Shown here in pieces: positions 51,998 through 62,600 of a stretch of DNA of 64,000 bases. The position numbers were made by a program, and so were the translations under genes. The stretch spans positions 160,001 to 224,000 of the forward strand of contig CBDFJR010000005.1 of assembly GCA_965248535.1 (NCBI GenBank), written 5' to 3'. The notes beneath the pieces are model-generated. The model had not been told where the DNA came from. It saw nothing but the letters and a program-made list of their open reading frames with translations, and searched no databases. Every line of letters starts with the position of its first letter. Position 1 is the first letter of the stretch. The DNA comes from Phormidesmis sp. Its GTDB lineage: Bacteria; Cyanobacteriota; Cyanobacteriia; Leptolyngbyales; Leptolyngbyaceae.

Positions 51998-52674
51998 AGT
52001 TTGACTGAAATTACAGTAAAAGACACCGATCGAAGTCGAAAATCTGATCACAGGTGAGAGAGATGAACGATCGCTTCTGGGTTCACACGCGGAGAGGTTA
52101 TTCAACCAATCTGAGAATCATGGATTTGCTACAACCGAACTCTGTGCAAGACGTGGCACTGCTCAACATGGGTCTAATGTGACAGTGCTCATTAGCTTAG
52201 GCGAGTAGCCGATAGAATTGAATCCACGATCTCGGATATTAAGTAACTTAAATATTAGTAGGCTAGCGAGAAAAAAAATCTACTCCAAGTTAGATCCGTA
52301 GCTGTCAATTTGGGGTCTAAAAGTGAAATCTCGCATGGGTCTTTGTCCATAGACCTTGAATGAATCGCAAAAAGTAGAGATAGATTCATTTCTGCAAGTT
52401 ATATAAGATACAAACTGCCGATTAAAAACTAGGGGCAACGGTCAAGATTCTCTCAGGGTCAAGAGTGTGAGTTTAGATACTAAAAAATCTCAAGTCACTA
52501 AACATCGGACTTGATATCAAATTAGGGAGATTATTTTGACAAAGATTAAGCGATCGCAGGCACCCTCCTCGATTGGGACTCCTCCTTTCTGTGGGGATCA
52601 CTGCTAGCAAGGACAGTCAGGGAAATATCGCGCTCAAAAATCTCTGAATATTGAGACAATTCACCCTGAAATGT

Positions 52675-54879
52675 TTAAGCAACTGACCCGCTGCGATAAT
52701 ATTGATTGCTCGGAATGGTTGCCCCGTTTGCAATCATGCCGACTAAATTTAACTGATTCATCGCTGTCACCGCCTGAGTCACCTCGTGGCGCGTCACCTG
52801 ACCAATTTTTCCCACCAGCAGCGTTCCATCACAAAATGAGGCGGCCAGCATCGCATCGACAAGGCCCAGCACCGGAGGCACATCGACAATCACCAGATCA
52901 TAGCTCTGCTCAAACACCGTCAGCAGTTCCTTCATGCGTCGAGAACTGAGCAACTTCACCGGATCGCTCGGAGCCGGGCCTGCCGTCAAAACCGAGATCG
53001 ATAGATCGCTATAGGTGCCCGCTAGCTGAATCGCGCTTTGACCTGACAGCCGATCGCCCGATAGCAACGTAGACAACCCTTGTTCGTTAGGTAACTCAAG
53101 CTGTTTGTGTAACCCCGGACGGCGCAGATCAGCATCGATGATCAGCACGCGCTGATGAAGACGAGCCGCACTGATGGCCAAGCCTAGGGCGATCGTAGAT
53201 TTGCCCTCACCCGCTAGCGCCGACGTGACCACCAGCGATCGCAGCGGGCTGGTCGCCGTCAATAGCTGAATATTCTTATAAATCAGATCCAACGACTCGC
53301 GGAACGGGGCCCAGTGAATCACCTGCATCATGGAAGGAGACAGGCTTTCGGCCCGTTGAAAGGGCATCACGATCGAGCGGGGATGCAGGTCTCCCAGAGG
53401 CACATCTGGCACCATGCCCAGCAGCGGCAGCGGCACCTGCTTTTGAAAATCTTCAGAAGTGCGAACTGCATCGTCAGCCGACTCTCGCAAAAAGGCTGCC
53501 ACGCCGCCTAACATCAACCCGCCCACCGCCCCCAGCAGCAGATTTCGCAGCCAGCTTGGGCCGATCTGTCGCCCGACTTTGGGCTGCTCAACCACCTGCC
53601 AATCAAACCCGCCACGGGCAATCTCTAGCCCTAGATCTTGCCGCGCTTTGAGAAGTTGCTGCAAGGTGTCTCGGTTGACCTGCACATTAGGCTGAAGGCG
53701 ATTGTATTCAGCTAGCAGACTCGGAAATCGCTTTAACTCACCTCGAAGCTGTAGTTCGTTATTAGTGAGACTGCGATCGCGGGCCTGGGCCGCGGCTAGA
53801 TTGACCTGCGATTCCACCAGAGCGCTGGCAAATTTCAGGTCGTTCTCTCCCAGTTGTCCGATCGCGACGAGTCCGTCTCCTGAGGGCGCGATCGTGGCTG
53901 CTTGCGCGCCTAAAATTCGCTGCACTTCTTGCTGCAAAAGCACCTGCTGTTTCTGTCGCTGTTCGGTCAGTTGATCTACAAACGGCCCTTTTTTAAACCG
54001 CAGTCGCTGCTGAACGGCTGCCACCTCGGTTTTTTGAATCTCGTTGAGCAAGGCCTGATAGCGGGGCGACTGACTCAGGCGGGCGGCGATCGTGGCTTGT
54101 TGTGGCGATCGCGCCAACTGCTGTTGCAGGGCCCCATAGCGAGCGCTGAGATCCTGCAACTCGGTGCGATTGGCCCGCTGATCTCGCTGCACCGCCGCCA
54201 GAGAATCCACCATTGATTTAGACTGAAGTTCGGGATCGATCAGATCTTGAGTCTTGCGAAATTTCTCTAGCGCCGCCTCGGCCTGATTGACTCGCTCCTC
54301 AACTTGCGGAATCTGTTCGTTGATGAACCCCAAGCCTTTGGTCAGTCTGAGTTTTTGCTGCTCAAGATTGTATTGCTGATAGACCTGCTGAATCGCTTGT
54401 AAAACCGCTTGAGTTTCTTGGCGATCGCGCCCCACATAGACCATCTCAAAAATGCTGGTTGTGATCTTGTCGTTGCCTTTTTGCTCCATCACCTGGCTAA
54501 CGGTGAGTCCTTTTTGCAGGTCGTCTACGGTGAGGTCTGAGCCGCCGAGCTTTAATCGATCCACTGCCCGTTGCAGCAGTTGTGACGATCGCATCAAATT
54601 CAACTGCGTGGCGTTATCAATCTCGACATTAGAGTCTGCAAACGATGAGGTGCCTGCGTTAGCGTCAGTTTTGCGGCTGCGATAGTTAGACTCACTCATT
54701 AGCTGCATTGAGCTACGATAAATCGGTTTAGAAGAGAGGGTAAACAGCGCCGCCGCTAACAGCGCTAACCCCAACCCGCCCATCAGCCACAGCCGCCGCC
54801 GCATCAGCACTGCCAGCAGTTGCCCATAGCCCGGATCGGGATCGGCCGTCGCCATTAAATTTAGATTAGTCTGAGCCAC
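52675..54879 (-). CDS. wzc: Wzc/GumC-type polysaccharide co-polymerase with BY-kinase domain
   Basis: Two TM helices flanking a coiled coil; GEGKS, IDADLRRP, IVDVPP; short YY tail. Confidence 0.88.
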   Translation of the reverse strand: MAQTNLNLMATADPDPGYGQLLAVLMRRRLWLMGGLGLALLAAALFTLSSKPIYRSSMQLMSESNYRSRKTDANAGTSSFADSNVEIDNATQLNLMRSSQLLQRAVDRLKLGGSDLTVDDLQKGLTVSQVMEQKGNDKITTSIFEMVYVGRDRQETQAVLQAIQQVYQQYNLEQQKLRLTKGLGFINEQIPQVEERVNQAEAALEKFRKTQDLIDPELQSKSMVDSLAAVQRDQRANRTELQDLSARYGALQQQLARSPQQATIAARLSQSPRYQALLNEIQKTEVAAVQQRLRFKKGPFVDQLTEQRQKQQVLLQQEVQRILGAQAATIAPSGDGLVAIGQLGENDLKFASALVESQVNLAAAQARDRSLTNNELQLRGELKRFPSLLAEYNRLQPNVQVNRDTLQQLLKARQDLGLEIARGGFDWQVVEQPKVGRQIGPSWLRNLLLGAVGGLMLGGVAAFLRESADDAVRTSEDFQKQVPLPLLGMVPDVPLGDLHPRSIVMPFQRAESLSPSMMQVIHWAPFRESLDLIYKNIQLLTATSPLRSLVVTSALAGEGKSTIALGLAISAARLHQRVLIIDADLRRPGLHKQLELPNEQGLSTLLSGDRLSGQSAIQLAGTYSDLSISVLTAGPAPSDPVKLLSSRRMKELLTVFEQSYDLVIVDVPPVLGLVDAMLAASFCDGTLLVGKIGQVTRHEVTQAVTAMNQLNLVGMIANGATIPSNQYYRSGSVA

Positions 54880-54911
54880 GAGCGGAACTCCTTAGGTTGC
54901 AAAACTCATCT

Positions 54912-55997
54912 CTACGCCAGACACACCGCCTTAATTACGCGATCGACCGAATCAAAAAACACGCCTTCTGAAAAGCGACTGAGAGCATGGTGACGAATAG
55001 TGTTGTAATCCCAAGAGATTTTTTTGGCATCAAGCAGCGCCGTGTGCAGCGATTCGGGGGTTTGCGACTGAAAGAAAATGCCCGTCGTGCCCGGCACTTG
55101 AGTATCTAACACACCCCCCGCACCATAGGCAATCACGGGGGTGCCACTGGCGTTAGCCTCGATCGGCACTAAGCCATAGTCTTCGAGGGCGGTCACAATC
55201 ACCGATCGGGATTTTGCCAGCAGTTGTTTACGCTCGGCATCGCTGACATGACCTGCAAATCGAATATTATCCAGGGCACGAGCTTGCAGGGTGTCGCGTT
55301 CGGGCCCGTCTCCGGTGATGACTAAATTCCAGCCTAGCCAGTTAAAGGCCTCCACAATCACATCAATGCGCTTATAGCCCAAGAGCCGCGCCGATGCTAG
55401 ATAGAAGTCATCTTTTTGAGCCGAAAATGTAAATTGCTCACTGTTGATCGGGTAGTTAATCACCACAGAGGGTTTGTCATAAATGGTTTGGATTCGGCGC
55501 GCCACAACGCTAGAGTTGGCGATATACAGATCTGGCTCTTGAGAAAAGGCTAAATCTGTCTCGCGCATTTTTTGAAACAGTGCCTCAATTAAGGGATAGA
55601 ACGGCTGATAGGCGGTGTATTCGCGCAGGTAGGTTTTGGTATCCCACAAAAAGCGAGTGACGTTGTGACAAAAGCAGACGTGCTTGGCATCGGGGCGTTT
55701 TTTGACCCCTTTGGCAAAGGTGGTGCTGCTGCTGATGATCAAATCATAATCGCTTAAATCAAGGGATCGAAACGCTGGGTAATAGAAGGGCGCTAATAGT
55801 TTAAAGTATTTAGCCGCGTGGGGAATCTTCTGCAAATAAGTGGTGTAGACTCGACGATCGCCAAGGTCGATCGAGTGCTGCGGCTCATAGAGAGACGTGA
55901 AAATATCAGCATCGGGGTAATGTTTGCAGAGCAACTCAAAGACTCGCTCCGCTCCTCCCCTCTGCGTCAAATAGTCATGGACTAAGGCTACTTTCAT
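54912..55997 (-). CDS. Glycosyltransferase family 4
   Basis: HDYLTQRGGAERV, YKRID, EDYGLVPIEANASG. Confidence 0.92.
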   Translation of the reverse strand: MKVALVHDYLTQRGGAERVFELLCKHYPDADIFTSLYEPQHSIDLGDRRVYTTYLQKIPHAAKYFKLLAPFYYPAFRSLDLSDYDLIISSSTTFAKGVKKRPDAKHVCFCHNVTRFLWDTKTYLREYTAYQPFYPLIEALFQKMRETDLAFSQEPDLYIANSSVVARRIQTIYDKPSVVINYPINSEQFTFSAQKDDFYLASARLLGYKRIDVIVEAFNWLGWNLVITGDGPERDTLQARALDNIRFAGHVSDAERKQLLAKSRSVIVTALEDYGLVPIEANASGTPVIAYGAGGVLDTQVPGTTGIFFQSQTPESLHTALLDAKKISWDYNTIRHHALSRFSEGVFFDSVDRVIKAVCLA

Positions 55998-56451
55998 GAC
56001 TGCACACGGAGTAAATGCAAGGGTTTTGGAGCTAATTTGTTAAAGACGAGTTGCTGTTAAAAATGAGATTTAAGCGATGACTCAAGTTCAGTTCAATGCC
56101 AGCAATTTGCTCTTAACCGTCAACGTGAACTCAATGAAACTTTTCGCGGCGGTTGCAACTCTGCTCAGGGCTTCTGTCCCCTGTTTTGAGGAGAGTTAGA
56201 GTTATTAAGTTCCCCACAATTAGACTACTTAAGGGACAGAAACTCTAAAGAACGGAGCAAGAGCGCTTATTAAAAAGACTTATTAAAAAGAACAAAGCGA
56301 ACGCGTTAAAAAAAGAATTCAGACGACAATCTATCGCAACACTTTAGTTTTGCGACGGCAACAGATCATCACTCGATCGGAGGATCTCTGTCGCATCTGG
56401 CTATGGGTCTAATGACATGGCTGGCTCGACCCATGCCAAATCAGCGATCGC

Positions 56452-56658
56452 TTAATCTTCATGAATTTCGTCCGATCGCAAGTCTCCAGGCTCGTTGATC
56501 ATCTCTGGTGTGACCCCAGGGTTTTCAACAAGTTCTCTAGGGTTGCCTTGATAGCCACCCGCATAGATCAAATCCATCGGGTTGACTGTTTTGGCTTTTA
56601 GGGCTTCGGCGTTGTCATTGTCTAAATCTGGCAGTCTTTCGGTTGGCTCATTGCTCAT
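56452..56658 (-). CDS. Small acidic hypothetical protein
   Basis: ATG 56658 with a CAGG-type RBS; 68 aa. Confidence 0.5.
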   Translation of the reverse strand: MSNEPTERLPDLDNDNAEALKAKTVNPMDLIYAGGYQGNPRELVENPGVTPEMINEPGDLRSDEIHED

Positions 56659-56793
56659 GGCAAAACCTGCAATCACGACTGGCACAAGCTTAAGAATGGG
56701 ATCGCACCGCAACCCCTATCTCTGGGCAGACTTCGTGAAGAGTCAATGCAGAGCGAGGACGACTCGTTGGGATCACGGGCAAGCGCTCAGATT

Positions 56794-57588
56794 TTAGACC
56801 TGATCATCTTCTTTGCCTAGCACCGATGGTTCGAGCCAGCCAGGGACATAGTGACTCGACTTGCGAAGCTCACGATCGAGGGCTTTATACTCGGATTCTT
56901 TTTCAAAAACCAGCCCCCAAAACTGAGCCGAGTGATTGAGATGAGTCGTGTGACAAAGCTCGTGAATCAGCACATAGCGCACTAGGTGACTGGGCAAAAA
57001 CAAGAGCTTATAGTTAAGGCTAATGTTTTTTTGTTGAGAACAGCTTGCCCAAAGGGTCTTTTGCCCCCTGACCGAGGCTTTGTTAAACGGAAGATTTAAT
57101 TCTTGACTGACTGACCACAGCCACGGCACTAGGCGCTGATAGGCTTTGTGACTAAGCCACTGCTGCAAGAGTGACTTGCAGGCATCTTCATTGTGGGTGC
57201 AGCCTCGCAAAATTAGCCGCGATTTGTCTTTTTCGGTCAGCGTGATTCGCTGAGACTGGGTGGGCTGATATTCAACTTGCCAGCATTGGTCGATCGCTCT
57301 TAGCTGCAAGTGATCAGGCAACTCATGGGAAGCCTCTAGCGAGAGTTGTTGACGCTGCTCTTCGAGTCGCCCGATCGTCTTCGCGATCCAATTTTGCTTA
57401 GTGTGCAAAATTTCAGGAATGCGACTCTGATCAAACCCTTGAGGAACGATCACCTCTAGCCCGCCTTGAACGGTCATTCTTAGGCTAACGTGCTTTGCCT
57501 TCAGGCTTTCCCGAATTTTATAGCCAGGTAGCGCCGTAAGCTGACCTGCCATCAGTTTAGACTCAGCCATGTGTATCCATCGCGGCAA
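56794..57588 (-). CDS. YgjP/DUF45-type zinc metallo-hydrolase
   Basis: WASCS, YVLIHELCH (HExxH), NHSAQFW. Confidence 0.88.
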   Translation of the reverse strand: MPRWIHMAESKLMAGQLTALPGYKIRESLKAKHVSLRMTVQGGLEVIVPQGFDQSRIPEILHTKQNWIAKTIGRLEEQRQQLSLEASHELPDHLQLRAIDQCWQVEYQPTQSQRITLTEKDKSRLILRGCTHNEDACKSLLQQWLSHKAYQRLVPWLWSVSQELNLPFNKASVRGQKTLWASCSQQKNISLNYKLLFLPSHLVRYVLIHELCHTTHLNHSAQFWGLVFEKESEYKALDRELRKSSHYVPGWLEPSVLGKEDDQV

Positions 57589-57753
57589 GTGCTAATCAGT
57601 GAGATAAATTAATTTTGAAGGGAAGACAGTCAATTTTTTGCCAGACTGAGGGTGTCTGAAGGTTGCCGCAATGGGCTGCTGAGAGAACTTGGGAGTGAGA
57701 ACTATTATTTATGATACCAGGATCATTGGAGTTGATTGGTGATGGTCAAGACC

Positions 57754-60027
57754 CTAGCTCCGATTTGGGGAGGCTAAATTGCGAAACTGCGTAAACTGTG
57801 GCTCAAACAGCAGTTTCACCGTCCCAGTTGGGCCGTTGCGATGTTTGCTGATGATCACTTCTGCGATGCCCCGATCGGGCGTGTCTTTGTTGTAATATTC
57901 ATCGCGATACAACATCATCACAAGGTCGGCATCTTGTTCAATTGACCCCGATTCGCGAAGGTCAGACATCATGGGGCGTTTTTCGGTGCGCGATTCTACG
58001 CCTCGACTGAGTTGAGATAGGGCGATCACAGGCACGTTTAACTCACGGGCAAGTCCTTTGAGCGATCGGGTGATTCTCGACAACACTTGGACTCGATTTT
58101 CGCTGCCGTTTCCTTCCATTAGCTGCAAATAGTCGATCAGCACTAGCCCCAATGCGCCGCCCTGCTCTGCCTGAAGACGACGAGACTGCGATCGCATTTC
58201 GTTCGCCCCTAAATTGGGCGTGTCGTCAATAAAGATCGGCAGTTGTGACAAGGTGCTGATGGCGTGTCCCAACGGCTCCCACTCATTTTGGCTGATGCGT
58301 CCTGCCCGCAGCCGTCCACTTTCGATCCGCACTTCGCTGGCGAGCAATCGCTGCACTAGCTGATCTTTTGACATCTCTAGACTAAAGATGGCAACCGGAA
58401 GTTTATGATAAGCGGCAATGTTGCGGGCCACGTTGAGAACAAAGCTGGTGTTGTGAACACAAATATCATTGGCAACGAAGTTGTGCGTTTCTGGAATGGT
58501 TAAGTCATAGACCTGCTGATTGCCCAGAGGCTCGATCGAGACAATTTCATCCCAATACACGTCGCTAGAAGTGGACTGAAGAGGACGATCGAGCACTGCC
58601 GTTCTGTCTAAGCTAGGTTGTCTGACTTCGCGAGAAGTTAGACCTCGACCGATTTGACGGGATGGGTTGACGATCTCTGAATGGATGGTTTGAAATACCG
58701 ATTCTTCGCCAAAGATGCCGATTGCGGCGATAAATGTCTGAAGCGATCGCGAGTCCGTAATCTCAAGTTGCCAGGCAATCGGCTTGGTTTGAGATTCAAG
58801 CGATCGCGGCTTGAGAGCAGCAATGATGCCAAATCGCAGCAGCAAATGCTGAGTCTGTTGAGCTAACCGACGGCTAACCGCCGCAGAGCCGTCGTGAGAA
58901 GGTTCATCTGCTGCCGTTGCCCAACCGTTGACCGCAAACAAATGATGCAGAAAGAGCGCCATCTGCGATCGCTGCAATTTAAACACGATCGCCGGAACTT
59001 CTTGCCTGTGAACCGCTTGCTCACAAAGCAATTTGACCTCCGAGTCTCGAAGGACTTCGGTTCCAAAAACCGCTAGCTGGCGAGGAACCGCAATCTTTTC
59101 GCCGGGTTTGAGCAGCGCCAGCGATCGCCAGCCAGCGATCGTTAAAAAAGGATGGCTCAAGGTCGATTCGACCGAGCGGCCCGATCGCGTCGTCACTCTA
59201 AAAACAGGTTTGATCCCATCATCCACAAAGGCTGAAGGCTGCGTGAAGCCAAATCTCTCATCGGAGTCTAGGGTCAGGAGGTCTGCGTAACCGCGCTGAT
59301 AGATCTGCTCGATCGTGGTGACGCTGCCGTCTTTTAAAACAATCTCTGCGTTGGCTGCGAGACATTTTCCCATTGATGGGCGACCTGCCACGATGATTAA
59401 GTCCGATCGCTGAAACCCTTGGGTCATCGCGTCTAGATCATAAAAACCGCAAGACAATCCGGGGGTGGCCATCCCAGTTGAGAGCCGCTCGATCTCTGAA
59501 AAAGTTTGAGTCAGCACGTCGGCGGCGGCAACAAGTCCCTGCTGGGGACGGGCTTGCGTGACGTTAAAAATCTTCTGTTCGGCATCGTCCAAAACGGTTT
59601 CTAACGTTTCAGCCGTTTTGTGACCGAGTTGAGAAATTTCTTGCCCGACCTTGATCAGTTTGCGCCGCAGGTGTTTGTCGGTGACCAACTGCGCGTATTG
59701 GTCAATGTTGACCGCGCTCACCGTGCGATCGACCAACTGCACTAATTTGTTTTGCCCGCCCACCTTATCAAGCAAGCCGCGATCTTGCAGCCAAGTGGTG
59801 ACGCTCATCAAATCGGTTGGACTGCCCTGATTTTGAAGAGCGATCGCGGCTCTAAAAATTTCTTTGTGAGCGCTGAGATAAAACGCTTCGGGCGCGATTA
59901 GATCGAGAATGCGAGTTAGCGCTTCGGGGTCAAGCAAGATGCCCCCCAAAATCGCTTCTTCGGCATCAATATTTTGAGGCGGAACTTTGTCTTGAAACGG
60001 CTGAAAGTTAAGCTGTTCTTGAACCAT
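57754..60027 (-). CDS. dnaB: Replicative DNA helicase containing an intein
   Basis: PPQNIDAEEAILG, GRPSMGK|T, FSLEMS, IDYLQLM, LSQLSR, DLRESGSIEQDAD, KHRNGPTG. Confidence 0.97.
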   Translation of the reverse strand: MVQEQLNFQPFQDKVPPQNIDAEEAILGGILLDPEALTRILDLIAPEAFYLSAHKEIFRAAIALQNQGSPTDLMSVTTWLQDRGLLDKVGGQNKLVQLVDRTVSAVNIDQYAQLVTDKHLRRKLIKVGQEISQLGHKTAETLETVLDDAEQKIFNVTQARPQQGLVAAADVLTQTFSEIERLSTGMATPGLSCGFYDLDAMTQGFQRSDLIIVAGRPSMGKCLAANAEIVLKDGSVTTIEQIYQRGYADLLTLDSDERFGFTQPSAFVDDGIKPVFRVTTRSGRSVESTLSHPFLTIAGWRSLALLKPGEKIAVPRQLAVFGTEVLRDSEVKLLCEQAVHRQEVPAIVFKLQRSQMALFLHHLFAVNGWATAADEPSHDGSAAVSRRLAQQTQHLLLRFGIIAALKPRSLESQTKPIAWQLEITDSRSLQTFIAAIGIFGEESVFQTIHSEIVNPSRQIGRGLTSREVRQPSLDRTAVLDRPLQSTSSDVYWDEIVSIEPLGNQQVYDLTIPETHNFVANDICVHNTSFVLNVARNIAAYHKLPVAIFSLEMSKDQLVQRLLASEVRIESGRLRAGRISQNEWEPLGHAISTLSQLPIFIDDTPNLGANEMRSQSRRLQAEQGGALGLVLIDYLQLMEGNGSENRVQVLSRITRSLKGLARELNVPVIALSQLSRGVESRTEKRPMMSDLRESGSIEQDADLVMMLYRDEYYNKDTPDRGIAEVIISKHRNGPTGTVKLLFEPQFTQFRNLASPNRS
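58450..59364 (-). mobile_element. Intein (305 aa) in the DnaB Walker A motif, with degenerate LAGLIDADG region
   Basis: Starts CLAANAEI, block B TLSHPFL, ends VYDLTIPETHNFVANDICVHN, followed by Thr. Confidence 0.93.
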
Positions 60028-60198
60028 GACTAGACAGTTTCAACAAGATTTACTCAAATTGAGGAGTGAGCTACCGCCTCAATGCTCGACTCGCCCCTCA
60101 ATAGACTGTTCACGACTAGTCTAGCAGAAACTAGTAAAAATGTACTTACTAGACGGGCTGTTGAGTGAAAAAGTTCAGCCCAACGGTTAGCCCGATCG

Positions 60199-60657
60199 CT
60201 AGCTGGCAACTACCTGAATTGTGACGGTCGCAGTCACTTCAGGATGCAGCTTGATCTCAGCCCGATAGTCGCCAATCTTGTGAACGTCGGGAAGCGTAAT
60301 GCCCCGCCGATCGATCTCTTGACCCGTGATCTGCTTGATCACATCCACCACATCTTGGCTAGTGACGGTTCCAAAAATTGCGTCGTTTTCGCCGACTTGT
60401 TTAGCGATCGTAAAGCTGCCTGCTTTCTCGATCGTGGCTTTTTGAGTCGTTGAGACTTCTTTCAATTCTGCAAGGCGCTGACGCTCTTTCTCTTTGCGCC
60501 GCTCAACTTGCTTGAGAAGACCCACCGTTGCAGGTTGCCCCTTGCCCTGAGGGATCAAGTAATTCCGAGCATAACCGGGAGCCACTTCGACCAAATCGCC
60601 CGATTTGCCCAGCTTACTAACGTCCTGATTAAGGACTAATTGAACACGCTTCGCCAT
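60199..60657 (-). CDS. rplI: 50S ribosomal protein L9
   Basis: [27 protein letters not shown]; upstream of dnaB. Confidence 0.97.
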   Translation of the reverse strand: MAKRVQLVLNQDVSKLGKSGDLVEVAPGYARNYLIPQGKGQPATVGLLKQVERRKEKERQRLAELKEVSTTQKATIEKAGSFTIAKQVGENDAIFGTVTSQDVVDVIKQITGQEIDRRGITLPDVHKIGDYRAEIKLHPEVTATVTIQVVAS

Positions 60658-60798
60658 AATAGTTCCTGTTGTCAACTGTGCCGCAGAACTTCTTATTTTA
60701 CTGGAGAATGGGGAAGAAAGGCTTGAATTTTGAATTTGAGCGACCCAATCTTGCCTTTTTCTCTCCCAAAGTCAAGCTCCTAATCTTCCCCTCAACCC

Positions 60799-61659
60799 TC
60801 AGAGTTTGACCAGTTCTCCCACCTTCATAACCCGCAATTTGCTCTTTGCTCCCTCTTGCTTGAGCGCTTGAGCAAAGGCTTCAGGGGTGCCTGTTAACGC
60901 TGGAAACGTGCCAAAGTGCATGGGCACCACCGTAGCAGGATTGACCAATTTAACTGCGGCGGCGGCCCGTGTGGGGCCCATCGTAAAATGATCGCCAATG
61001 CACGCCAGCATCAGGCTGACCTTGCCAAACTGGGGGATCAACGCCATGTCTTGAAACAAATCGGTATCGCCTGTGTGGTAGATCACAGGGCCGTTTTTGA
61101 CGCTGATCAAAAACCCGCCGGGGTTGCCAGCAGATTGAGCAGGGCGGCCGTCAGATGCCACTGCCGAGCTATGGATTGCGGGAATAAACGCCACTTTGAC
61201 CTCTCCACTGAGCAGCGTTAATTCTCCCCCAAAGTTGCCTTGAGTCTCTAACCCGACGAGATTTTTTGGATAGCCTCCGTAATTTACCAGGGCTTGACCT
61301 AAATCAGCCGTGCTCACAAGTTTAGCGTTTGTTTTTTGAGCGATCGCCGCTGCGTCGCCAACGTGATCAAAATGTCCGTGAGTGATCAGGATGAGATCGG
61401 CCCGATCGAGCTTTGCCAAATCCGCTTTTCCAGTCGGGTTAACGGGGTTAGTGAGCCAGGGATCAATCAACAAAACCTTGCCCGCAGGGGTCGTTAACTT
61501 AAAAGCAGATTGTCCATACCATAAAAGTTGGGTGTTGAGGGCAGGTTGAGCACTGCTGCTAAAAACGGTGCTGCCTATCACCGCCCCCGCCAAGATGAGG
61601 GCTGCTAAAACTCCGCCAACCCTGATAGAGCTAAATTTCACCCAGTTCAAAATCGTCAT
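60799..61659 (-). CDS. Exported MBL-fold metal-dependent hydrolase (UPF0173-like)
   Basis: WYGQS, IDPW, THGHFDH, HTGDT, PMHFGTF; N-terminal hydrophobic segment. Confidence 0.85.
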   Translation of the reverse strand: MTILNWVKFSSIRVGGVLAALILAGAVIGSTVFSSSAQPALNTQLLWYGQSAFKLTTPAGKVLLIDPWLTNPVNPTGKADLAKLDRADLILITHGHFDHVGDAAAIAQKTNAKLVSTADLGQALVNYGGYPKNLVGLETQGNFGGELTLLSGEVKVAFIPAIHSSAVASDGRPAQSAGNPGGFLISVKNGPVIYHTGDTDLFQDMALIPQFGKVSLMLACIGDHFTMGPTRAAAAVKLVNPATVVPMHFGTFPALTGTPEAFAQALKQEGAKSKLRVMKVGELVKL

Positions 61660-62138
61660 TGATTCAAGTCCTTGAGTTGATGTTCTACAGACAGCCGCTG
61701 ATCTCAGAAGATATCGAAAAATGTCGAAACCAGTAGGTTTAAACATCTTCTCAACAGTTCGAGATATTTCTGGCACACAGATAGCAGTCAACGCCGCCTA
61801 AAAGCAGTTTGATGATAGAGGGGCATTTTCCAACTGGGGTTCATCTTACGCAAAAAGCTGACAAACCATGTCAGTTTAAAGCGGAGTCTAGCTTCAGCAA
61901 AATTTCGTAATTGATTACGTCAATTGACTATTGACATTGCAGCAGACCTACCCTTGCCGACCTCTCAAAAAGGCTATACAGTTGAATCAGCACCAACGGC
62001 ACATTTGCCAGCTTTCAAAAAGCAACGCTGTGAGATCTGACTTTTTAGACCGTGATGAGCGTCTGTAAGCCCTAATGCCCCTGGGGAACTAAACACCTCG
62101 AAAACGACTACTGCCTGAGCAGTTTGTAGAGCCTAGGG

Positions 62139-62567
62139 ATGAACAAAAAATTTGAACAGTGGTTAACGATCGTGGCTTTGGGCAGTTGGGTTGCCTCAAT
62201 GGGGGCACTGGTGGCGATCGGGGTGGCTTCGACTCAGCCTGTGTCTGACCAGTCTGTGCCCTCCTCTCAGGCGGCTCATCCTCTTCTGAGACAAAGTTCG
62301 CGGTTTGCCGCCGTTTTAGACTCGCCGTTTTATCAACAATTGCGGCAGTCTGACCCCTTAGCGAGTTTAGAATCGGGGCGGGGACACTGGCTCGATCGCA
62401 CGTTAGTTACTCATGATCCGCTCACCCAAGATTTCTTTAAGTTAAATCTTGACAGCCAAACGCCAGATAGCCGCTCTCAAAAGCCTTTGGTTGACCCTAA
62501 GCCTGAAACCGTTGGACTGTTAGCCCAGACCTCTGAGACTTGGCAAGATCCCGCTCTACACAAATGA
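62139..62567 (+). CDS. Hypothetical protein with N-terminal TM/signal segment
   Basis: 142-aa ORF starting MNKKFEQWLTIVALG. Confidence 0.55.
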   Translation: MNKKFEQWLTIVALGSWVASMGALVAIGVASTQPVSDQSVPSSQAAHPLLRQSSRFAAVLDSPFYQQLRQSDPLASLESGRGHWLDRTLVTHDPLTQDFFKLNLDSQTPDSRSQKPLVDPKPETVGLLAQTSETWQDPALHK

Positions 62568-62600
62568 GTCTGAGCTTTGTCTAGCGGGGATCGACGATTT

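Noticed and set aside
61980..62138. c-di-AMP (ydaO)-like riboswitch suggested by GTTGAATC and GGGGAAC
   Set aside because: Motif order and spacing do not fit, and the 3' conserved block is missing
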